From the IMG/VR virus record IMGVR_UViG_3300035208_006730: 64,000 nucleotides of DNA; one strand, 5' to 3'. Origin of the DNA: a virus. Its lineage: Duplodnaviria; Caudoviricetes. Under the pieces are notes generated by a model, which searched no databases, was not told the DNA's origin, and was given only the letters and a program-made list of their open reading frames with translations. Positions 28,930-37,600 of this stretch are shown in pieces. Position numbers and translations under genes: made by a program. The stretch's first letter is position 1. The number at the start of each line of letters is the position of its first letter.

Positions 28930-29835
28930 TTATTTGCCCCAGTATACAGAAGATACAGAGTGTAGTTCATTAATCAAATCTAATCCAAGAATTGAAGGAA
29001 TAGTATCAATATCTTCATTATACTGATTTGTTACGGTTTCAAAAAGTTTATGTTTAAACGGTTCTTTTTGTAGATTGTGAAGAATAACTGGACTCGCCTG
29101 AATCATTTTTGGGTCGTCGTAATACCAGTAACCAGCTTTTGATCCTGGAGCTGGAGCGTCCCAACAAACAATTACTCCGTGATCAAAATCAACCCAATAT
29201 TGACCAGCATGCAAGACCAAGTTTTCTGTAGCAACTCTATCGTTCAGATTCGGACTAACAAGATTAAACGTTCCTGGAATGATATGATCTTCTCTTAGTT
29301 GCACTCTATTCGAAGAAGTTGAGACATCTTCTGAGATAACAAGACCTGCGGTATTCTGATTAAAGATACATTCAGATCTCATCCACCGATCAGCAGTTGA
29401 TTCTAGAGTTGCAGTAAAGTATGGAGTAGCATTAATCGTATCGACCAGACCACCAAGAAACCATTCTGAAGCAGTTCTTATGTGTCTATCTATCTCGAGA
29501 TAAACTTCGTAATTTTCTGGATCAACATTCGAAATTAAATAGACCATATTGTCGTCAAATTTAATGGCCGGAGCATCAAGAAGATACTCTCCATCAGAAT
29601 CTTTTGTGCATTCTATTGTCATTACGTTAGAAATAGATAATCCTAATTCTCTAGTGATACCGTAAATTAAACCAAGATATGTTGAGTTTGCCTTATTGAC
29701 TCGAGAATCGAGAAGTCGTCTTTTATATTCCCTATTTGTTTCGCCTTGAAGTCTCTTCACATTCAGAATCAGATCTCCATGTTGATCTAATTCATTGTAA
29801 ACATTATGAAGTTGTGGCGTAAAAGTTTGAACCAT
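28930..29835 (-). CDS. Putative baseplate wedge protein
   Basis: LDQHGDL...KRLQGETNREYKRRL...ANSTYLGL motif; located downstream of baseplate J. Confidence 0.6.
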   Translation of the reverse strand: MVQTFTPQLHNVYNELDQHGDLILNVKRLQGETNREYKRRLLDSRVNKANSTYLGLIYGITRELGLSISNVMTIECTKDSDGEYLLDAPAIKFDDNMVYLISNVDPENYEVYLEIDRHIRTASEWFLGGLVDTINATPYFTATLESTADRWMRSECIFNQNTAGLVISEDVSTSSNRVQLREDHIIPGTFNLVSPNLNDRVATENLVLHAGQYWVDFDHGVIVCWDAPAPGSKAGYWYYDDPKMIQASPVILHNLQKEPFKHKLFETVTNQYNEDIDTIPSILGLDLINELHSVSSVYWGK

Positions 29836-29853
29836 TATTATCTCCCAACCACT

Positions 29854-29863
29854 AGAATAACAC
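29854..29863 (-). promoter_or_regulatory. Putative extended -10 element GTGTTATTCT
   Basis: Identical 10-mer to 11605-11614; both are in intergenic gaps shortly upstream of an RBS. Confidence 0.4.
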
Positions 29864-29865
29864 GC

Positions 29866-31470
29866 TTACGGAAGAACTGAAATGCTTTCGTAGGGCTCTC
29901 TGAGAAAAATCTTTTTATTTTCAAAGTCTATCATCATTACGTCATGGTGAGTATTGATTTGGAAAAATCCAGAAGTTGTTTCTACCCAAAGACGTTGGTC
30001 AGAGTCAAAAGTAATTCCAGTGGGAGTTCCAAGTAATCCAGATACAGTTGTTAGATCAAAAGACTTGAGAGCGACCTTTAAATCAATAATGAATCCACGT
30101 TTTTGACGAAGAAGAGATCCATCATTTAGATAGACCTCAAAACTGATAAAATATTCTCCAAGTTGATTTGGTTCAAATACGAATGGAGAATCAACTTGAT
30201 ATCGATAACTGTCTGTATAGTTCCAGTCATCTGTAACAAAGGTAATTGTATCTCCACCTAGAATGCCCGACTGAGTTCCATCTGGACAGTCAAGCCAAAC
30301 ACGATACCGATCAATTGGATAAAACTGATCTGGATTTATAAACTGAACCGTTACTGAATCTCCACGAGCGATGTGATAGAAGTCAGCAACAATCTCATGT
30401 CTTGAATCCTGATCTATTTCGTTCAGAGCATCAGTATCTTCTATCATGGTTAAATAATTATCAAAGACATAAAGTTTGGATGCGCTCAATCCCCAAATCC
30501 AATCCGAAAATGGTTGCTGAGCAATATCTAAAACATTGATGTTATTGCTGGATTCGTCAAGAAGTTCAAATTGTATTTCAGTGTAAAGACTAAAAATACC
30601 ATCAAGCATTTGTCGAACGTCATCTGTTGAGTATTTAATATAGTTTAGAAAACTTGTAGACCCAGAAGTAACTCCCCAAAATGTATCTATCTTTTTTCGT
30701 TGGTCTGAATAGGAAATGTTCCAAATATCGACGTATGGACTGCCATTAAAATCTGCTGAAACTACATCGATTAGAACTCCTGAGGGCATATCAAAACAGT
30801 CAACTTTGTAGACCGTATCCCATTCCTTCTGGGTTCTTTGCTTCATGTCCCAAGGAAATGGAATCGTTTCTTGTTCGAGAGTTCCTTTTCTTGTCTTTCC
30901 TGTGATCTGAACAAGTGGGCGTCGAAAAATTTCTTCATCATCGACTCTAATATACTGTTCTCCACCGACACAATCAACCCACAGATAATTGGGAATAAAA
31001 GAAGTAACTGTACCTGAAAATGGAGCATCCTCAATATCTGAACTACTTAAAATCGTATAGGTTCCGGTAGCAATATCTCCAATAGAAATACGATCTGGAA
31101 GATGGGTATACCAAAACTCTTCAAGATTATTTTTTTCTGCTAGAGATATTTGATAATAACTCCCATCGAGTAGACCACTCGCTGTAGGGGCTTCGTCGAC
31201 TTCATTAAATGGGTCAAGACTATTCGTTGAAAATTCAAAATCTAAACCGAGATCGACTCTATAGATCCAATCGATTTCATTGAGATTTGCGGTAGTAAGA
31301 TGAAGATTAGCACTATTCCTAATAATTTCTTTTTCAAGCTTTTCTGTAGGAACTGCAATAGAGTTCAAAAGACGATGACCCACAGACTGTTCATCATTCT
31401 GAACTTTTGACCAATAAGGGAATACATTGGCCATCTCTCTTGTGACAGGAGATAATCGTTTAGACATCAT
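29866..31470 (-). CDS. Baseplate-associated structural protein
   Basis: Long acidic ORF in baseplate context. Start moved to MMSKRLSP (31470) to avoid a ~100-nt overlap with baseplate J. Confidence 0.55.
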   Translation of the reverse strand: MMSKRLSPVTREMANVFPYWSKVQNDEQSVGHRLLNSIAVPTEKLEKEIIRNSANLHLTTANLNEIDWIYRVDLGLDFEFSTNSLDPFNEVDEAPTASGLLDGSYYQISLAEKNNLEEFWYTHLPDRISIGDIATGTYTILSSSDIEDAPFSGTVTSFIPNYLWVDCVGGEQYIRVDDEEIFRRPLVQITGKTRKGTLEQETIPFPWDMKQRTQKEWDTVYKVDCFDMPSGVLIDVVSADFNGSPYVDIWNISYSDQRKKIDTFWGVTSGSTSFLNYIKYSTDDVRQMLDGIFSLYTEIQFELLDESSNNINVLDIAQQPFSDWIWGLSASKLYVFDNYLTMIEDTDALNEIDQDSRHEIVADFYHIARGDSVTVQFINPDQFYPIDRYRVWLDCPDGTQSGILGGDTITFVTDDWNYTDSYRYQVDSPFVFEPNQLGEYFISFEVYLNDGSLLRQKRGFIIDLKVALKSFDLTTVSGLLGTPTGITFDSDQRLWVETTSGFFQINTHHDVMMIDFENKKIFLREPYESISVLP

Positions 31471-32713
31471 ATCCCTCGATGGCAACTTGAATAGGATCTC
31501 CAACTGAACCGTCGAAAATAATAACCCGTTCATTAGCTTTTGTTGAATAATCTCCAATTAGTCCACTACTTGGATCTATTAATGTTTCTCTAACGTAATT
31601 ATCAAGAAGACGAGTTTGCTTGTGGGTATACATCCAAGTTATTGGCTTTGTTGGAGTGCCAACAGTTTTGATTCTACCATCTAGTCCCATAACAATTTGA
31701 GTGAATTTATTGACGATAATAGATTCTCCAATATCGGTATTATTTACATAGTTGGTTAGGGTTTGCTTACCGTTTGTAATAATATTCAATGCATCTTGAA
31801 TTGGTATCACTTCTCTCAATTGAATATCAACTTTGAATGTTAATCCGACTTCAATTGGTCTCTTTGCTATTGGAGAAGCTCCTTGAGCTGTTGCTCCATC
31901 AACTGCAAATTGAACTGCAGTAAGAAGTCCATCAGTACATCTAGGAGCTATAGATTTTACAAGAAGATCAAATGTAGATAGACCTCGAGCATAAGGTTCC
32001 ATAATAACGTCTGCGACCCCAGGAACCGACAATGCCGCTAAACGTATTGCGGTTTTATTTGCTTGTTCTGACTCTGTAACTGCTTGAGAAAGTCTATATC
32101 GATAGTTAGTATCACTCTCAACGTCAGAGCCAGTTACAATCTCTGCTCTATTGGATACCTTTAAGGTTTGATTTAGGGAGTCGGTATAGTCAGTAAAATT
32201 ATGATAAACAAGTTGATTTGCTCCAATGTTGCCAGCAGCTCCAATCGTAGAAGCCTGAACAGCAACATACACTTCAGACAAAGAGCTATTGAGAAGAGTG
32301 TCATATAGAACTTTGTAGATTGTTCCAGTACTATTTCGCCCAGAACTAACGATGGTATTTCTTTTTAGAAGAATCGATGCTCCACCGTTTATCGCGCCAA
32401 AAGTTCCAGAATCTACAAAGAAACGAACGTTAAAAGATCTTGCAGTGACTAAAGCTACTTGACGATCATATCTTGTTTTTCCTAGCAGCTCTCCAATAAA
32501 ATCTAGATATTGTCCTGTTGCTCCTGAAAGAAACGCTTGAACAATATTAACGTCGAGTTTAGTGTACATTCTACCAAGTTTATTAGAGACTGATTCAGAA
32601 AGCGTTCTCAATTTAGAGCCTGGAGAAGACCTAGTAAGACCTGTACCGGTAGTCATTTCTGACAGAATTTCTGAAAGAATCTGTCCATCTCTAGGAACAA
32701 GAAGAACTGCCAT
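31460..32713 (-). CDS. Baseplate J / gp47-like wedge protein
   Basis: ATGQYLDFIG, GAAGNIGAN, GSDVESDTNYRYR, ALSVPGVADV. Confidence 0.88.
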   Translation of the reverse strand: MAVLLVPRDGQILSEILSEMTTGTGLTRSSPGSKLRTLSESVSNKLGRMYTKLDVNIVQAFLSGATGQYLDFIGELLGKTRYDRQVALVTARSFNVRFFVDSGTFGAINGGASILLKRNTIVSSGRNSTGTIYKVLYDTLLNSSLSEVYVAVQASTIGAAGNIGANQLVYHNFTDYTDSLNQTLKVSNRAEIVTGSDVESDTNYRYRLSQAVTESEQANKTAIRLAALSVPGVADVIMEPYARGLSTFDLLVKSIAPRCTDGLLTAVQFAVDGATAQGASPIAKRPIEVGLTFKVDIQLREVIPIQDALNIITNGKQTLTNYVNNTDIGESIIVNKFTQIVMGLDGRIKTVGTPTKPITWMYTHKQTRLLDNYVRETLIDPSSGLIGDYSTKANERVIIFDGSVGDPIQVAIEGYDV

Positions 32714-32716
32714 AGA

Positions 32717-33199
32717 TTACCTCATCACTGGTACAAGGTTCGTAGATTTATCTTTTTCAACGTAGACAATACCACCTGAGACTAGATTGAATGTAAATTT
32801 AATTTCAAGAGGTTGACCAGCTTCAAGAGAATTGTATTGGGTCGCAGCGGCATTAATCTGAATAATAATCATTATTGCGTCAAAACGAATTGGAACTACG
32901 CGGACCTTGATGTCATTCGCAGCAACAATATTCGCTAGAACAAGAGAAGTTCGAATTTTGTCTGAAATCTCTTTGCCAGTTTCTCTTGTATTGGGCTTAC
33001 CAATAAATTCTTTCAAATCTCCAGCAAAGGTATAATGGAGTTCGTAGTCACCTGAAAGGGACATTAGGAGATTAAGAATTTCTGCTTCTTCTGACTCAAT
33101 AGCATCCTCATCTGTAGAAGCGAGATCTCCAGTAGAATCCTTAAGGAAATCTCCTCGAACAGACCAAGAAAAATCTATTGAATCGTAATTAGTTGCCAC
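32717..33199 (-). CDS. Baseplate wedge gp25/GPW-like protein
   Basis: GDLA...GDYELH..FAGDLKEFIGKPNT...I...L...IKVRVVP; position upstream of J. Confidence 0.75.
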   Translation of the reverse strand: MATNYDSIDFSWSVRGDFLKDSTGDLASTDEDAIESEEAEILNLLMSLSGDYELHYTFAGDLKEFIGKPNTRETGKEISDKIRTSLVLANIVAANDIKVRVVPIRFDAIMIIIQINAAATQYNSLEAGQPLEIKFTFNLVSGGIVYVEKDKSTNLVPVMR

Positions 33200-33779
33200 T
33201 TATCCATTCCGCCTTTTTTGCTTTGAAATTGTGCGTTATATTTATAAGAAGATCGTTGATTGATACGCCAAAGTTATAACCACCAAACTCTACATCAGTT
33301 AAAACAAGTCTTAAAGATTTGTTGGCTACATTTGCAAATTTTAGTTCAAGTGTACCATTCGGTAAGGTCTTCGGAGCTTCGTCGGTAAAAATATCGATTA
33401 AACTTCCTTTACAAGATTCATCTCTTTCTACTGCAAAATTAATACCCTGTGCTTCAGCATGACGTTCTCCATTAATAAGAACAATACAATCAATAGCGTT
33501 AAAAGGTTCATACTTTGAAGCAACAAGATCTCTTTCTTCTAGTTCTTTTTGAATCTTTATGTGTTCTTGGATCGTATCCCAAAACTCTTTTTTTATTGCC
33601 ATCTTCAAACGATCTCGAATTTCTTTGTCAACAAGTTCTTTTGATTCCTTTTGAGTTTTTACGTATTCTGGAATCCTCTCTACTAATTCTCCACCTAATG
33701 TCTTGATGTCCATTTCTCTCTTCTTGTGGTTTTGGATTTCATTTTCTGCGAGTACTTTGTTGAATTCATTAGTGTCCAT
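33189..33779 (-). CDS. Hypothetical protein: N-terminal coiled coil plus degenerate tail-tube-like domain
   Basis: C-terminal half FNAIDCIV...AQGINFAVER...GSL...LKFANV...GVSINDL aligns by eye with the tube at 54019-54705. Confidence 0.5.
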   Translation of the reverse strand: MDTNEFNKVLAENEIQNHKKREMDIKTLGGELVERIPEYVKTQKESKELVDKEIRDRLKMAIKKEFWDTIQEHIKIQKELEERDLVASKYEPFNAIDCIVLINGERHAEAQGINFAVERDESCKGSLIDIFTDEAPKTLPNGTLELKFANVANKSLRLVLTDVEFGGYNFGVSINDLLINITHNFKAKKAEWISGN

Positions 33780-33789
33780 TTCTCTCTCC

Positions 33790-34134
33790 TTATTTGGGTA
33801 TTAAAGCCATACCAATTTGCACTGCACCTAGCAATTGCATAATCATTCCAAGAGGTGGAATGGGAAGGTGCAGCGGAATTGGAGTCATTATTGTTTTAGG
33901 GATCATGTTTGGAATTTCATTCATTGGGGTAAATAGCGCGCCAGTTTTTCTGCCCTCGCCCATACTTGCAACTGAGAAGTTTCCTCGAACAGTAATTCCG
34001 TTCATACCAACAATAATAAAGTTTTTTTCATTACCATTGATGTTAATGTGATCTTCGTGCACGTCAATGTGCGCAGAAGCGTCTTTATTGATTCGCCAAA
34101 TCTGAGGTTTTCTAGTCTCTTCTTGTTCGGCCAT
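33790..34134 (-). CDS. Hypothetical protein, possible central spike beta-strand/tip part
   Basis: Short beta repeats (HIDVHEDHINING, FIIVGMNGITVRG) and hydrophobic Pro-rich C-terminus; position. Confidence 0.4.
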   Translation of the reverse strand: MAEQEETRKPQIWRINKDASAHIDVHEDHININGNEKNFIIVGMNGITVRGNFSVASMGEGRKTGALFTPMNEIPNMIPKTIMTPIPLHLPIPPLGMIMQLLGAVQIGMALIPK

Positions 34135-34569
34135 TTACATGCCTCCAGAAAAGATTTGAGCTACACCCGTTTCGCCTGATGTATCTGACTTTTCTTGTTT
34201 CAAATAGTTTCCAAATGTTGCGTTAACTCTGCCAATTACTTCGCAAAAAACACTTCGTGGACTTGCGGGATTTCCCGTATAGGTTACCTTAACTGGCATA
34301 CCTTTTTGAAGAGGACCAAAGTTATGGATAATAAAATCTAATTCCTGAAGTACTGGTATTCCTTTTCCCTTTTTAGTATCGCCACACATCTTTTGTCCAT
34401 TTCGATCTTGTAACTCTACGATAACTGTATTGTTTTCCGTAACTTCAAGAATCATCCCAAGTTCAATGTGAACCATTTCATCGGCAGGACGGATAGCTTC
34501 TCGTTGGCTTTGCTGGGAAACACGTTCAAAATTATTTCCGGCCAAACCTGATATCCCACCTTGATTCAT
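34135..34569 (-). CDS. Putative baseplate spike OB-fold (gp5/gpV N-terminal-like) protein
   Basis: ELGMILEV..NTVIVEL...GPLQKGMPVKVTY pattern; follows the hub gene. Confidence 0.45.
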   Translation of the reverse strand: MNQGGISGLAGNNFERVSQQSQREAIRPADEMVHIELGMILEVTENNTVIVELQDRNGQKMCGDTKKGKGIPVLQELDFIIHNFGPLQKGMPVKVTYTGNPASPRSVFCEVIGRVNATFGNYLKQEKSDTSGETGVAQIFSGGM

Positions 34570-34588
34570 TTATTTTTCCTCCAAACCA

Positions 34589-34617
34589 ATTATATCGATT
34601 AGAGAATCTCTTGGGAA
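34589..34617 (-). promoter_or_regulatory. Putative promoter TTCCCA-N17-TATAAT
   Basis: Perfect -10 and 17-nt spacer, followed by a GGAGG RBS. Confidence 0.55.
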
Positions 34618-34618
34618 G

Positions 34619-37600
34619 CTATTTTAAAATTGGACCCGTATATCCTTGATTTCTATCATTCAAAAGATATCCACCAAAATCTCCCTTGATCCAATTCCAG
34701 TTCTCAGGAGAATATTCGTATGCAGCATTATCAAGAGCTTTAGAAAGACCAGAAGCTCCTTCAGAAATAAACTTGAGACCATCCCAAAGCATCCCACCTT
34801 GAGTGTACTTAGAGGTTAATCCGTGAATAAGAGGTTTATCTTTATAAATCAGTGGATCAATTCTAAACGGATGTGCGTACTGAGAAGATGCAACAATTTT
34901 TCTCATTAACCATTTTAATGGTCCTCCTAAAACGATGTCTAATGCTTTCAAGGGACCTGCAACTGCAGTCTTACCAACAGTACCAGTAGCATTAATTAAA
35001 CCCTCGCCCTCTTTAACAAGTGCTCTAGCTCGAGTAACTTGATCCTTTAGCCAGTCACCAGGCATATATTCAGCTACAACTCTTCCCATCAATTCGTCAG
35101 TTGAGATAGTAGCGTTCTGATTAATGTGGATTACTGCATTAGGAGTAATCTCTGAGATGAATCCATTAACCTCATTAAATTTATGGATCACAGATTCTAC
35201 TTCTATTGGTCCATACATGTTGGTGTGATCATCGGCTATAAAGACTATATCGAAAGGTTTTATGGCAGGATTACCGATAATAACTATTGATCCTTGATAG
35301 GATTTTTTCAAAAGCCTCCAAAGAAGTCCGATAGCGTACCTTTTCGCCTGAGACTTTCCGATACAATTAGGGTAGGTCATAAACAATTCTCTGGTATCTT
35401 CATCGGAAATGTCTTCATCGGCTTTCATCGTTAGAATTGCGGGTTCTCGAGAAACAAGTCTTCCAAACTCTAGATCTTTGGTTTGTTCATCACGTAGCCA
35501 TGTTGTATCTGAATACTGAACTGCAACGGCATTAAAGACGCCCTTGGTTCTTGAAGAAATATTGTTAGCTATAATGTCGTATTTGTCTGTGATTAGATAG
35601 TAGTTTCTAAATGGTTTAACGATATCCATCTCTTCAGCTAGCGTGTTTTTAAGAGTAGTAAAGAAGGCGACCTTATCGACCTTTTGGAATTCTGGATCTT
35701 GCAAAGATTTGGTTAATCCTTCTATTTCCGAATTAGACATTGTAGTATTGCGCGATAGAATTGATTTTAACTTCTCTTCTGTAAGATCATCTGTTGGATT
35801 GCCACTTTTAATATCGTCGACAAGTCCCGCCAAGTCTTTCGCAAAGTTAGCTTCATTGGGATTAGGGTCTCTTGAATAATAAAGTTGATTTGGCATTCCA
35901 AAATACATTGTCATTCTAGCGCCCCAGGAAGCGGTGTACGGAACTGCTTGAGCGATGAATCCTGGATGACGAATACACATCTCTTGGAATACGTCCCAAA
36001 TGGTAGTACGAAATAGTTTATAAGGATCAGATGACTTGAACATTGAAATACAAGTTGATCCACCTGGGGCGAAAATATTTAAATCCTCAGGTTTTTCTGT
36101 GAATTGGAATTTTTGGGTAAGAGTGTCATAAAAATCTCCCATACCCTTTTGACCTGGTTCCCAGCGTCCAAAGTGAACGAGTTCTGGCTCATTCATTAGT
36201 TCATGGAGCAAGGGTCCAGTATCTCCAGTCTTTGTAAAAAAACCACCATAATTAACTGAGTCCTCAATCCCCTTCATTCTTGTTATTAGTTCAGTACCAT
36301 AACTTTGAGCAACAATATTTAGTAGATCATCTGATTCTGAAAATTGCACCTCTGTAATAACGCCGTGAAAATTATTGTTTAAAAATAAAGGATTATTGGA
36401 ATATCCAAGACACAGTTTTACATGTATCCCTGGCTTAACAACAAGAGATATTAACGGATTTTCTTTCTTAGAGTCAACATCTCGAGCTTTCGTTTTTCCC
36501 TCGTTTTGAGCAATTGGATTATCGAATGGTTGGAGTTTACCTGTCTCAGTATTCATTACATTCTGAAACTTTCTATTAGATAGAATTCCAGAGATATTTG
36601 TCAGTTCAAGAACTATGATATCGGCTGCAACGTTCTGATTCATAACGTGCGTAATATCTTTAACTGAAGCGTAACTAAAGAAGTCATCAAAACCATATTC
36701 TCTACGCTCACCATAATCTGACTCGATGAAGTAGAGCTTGAACGTTGGCCATGCTTTCGCAAGACCTCTACAAAATCCTTTATTCATATTTCTGGTATGT
36801 TGACGGATTAAGCGAGGAACAAGTCCTGTTGTTTCTGGAGAATTGACTGAAGTTAGTTTGTCGCAGATTCGGACGTTACCCAGAATCTCTAATGGGGATT
36901 GATGCGCTCCATCCTTTAGGATCATAAAGTGAAGATGAACTCCAGTTGAAATTCCAGAACTTCCCATGATAGCAATTGGCTCTCCACCTCGAACAAACGG
37001 TTGGATACCCCTTGCAAGTGAAGCTTTCCAATTGTCGAGATAATACCCGTCATCTTTAAGGTGGGAGTAACTCGATGTCCATCCATTACCATGATCAATC
37101 TTAATATATCCAACGGGAATTTTTATTCCTTGATCTCGACGACGAAGAACTTCTGCAGCGGAATAAGTCTCTCCAATATTACAAGCTACAATTTTTCCTG
37201 GAGCAGCTGCTTCAATCACAGTCTCAAGTCCACTACTCCCAATATCGATACCGTCATGTTCCCAGTTTTCTTTCCTCGCTTTGTCTAACTGACGTTGAGC
37301 ATCAGCTTCGGAGATAATTCCTTGTTGTGTTTTTTGAGATAGCGCTGCAATCTTTTGTTCAATAAATGGATTTGGACGTGACCCATATGGAGACGTAATA
37401 TTGTGATTCTCGAAAGCATACACAGCAGGAACTGGCCAACACCATTGCTGTGGACCAGTTTCCATTGAACTTTCAGTTCCAAAGGTTTCTCCAGCTAAAT
37501 AGATTTGACCGTCTTCGAGAAGAGCTTTACCTCCTAGAATGTGTTTGATTCTTTTGCTTTCATCTTTGAGTCGATCTGGGAGTTTCTGTTTTCCGCCAGA

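Noticed and set aside
31471-31557. Longer starts from the ORF track for genes ending at 29866, 57992, 59169 and 10497
   Set aside because: The extensions overlap upstream genes or promoter-like DNA. Downstream ATGs (31470, 58978, 60743, 11585) remove the overlaps and mostly have clear RBSs.
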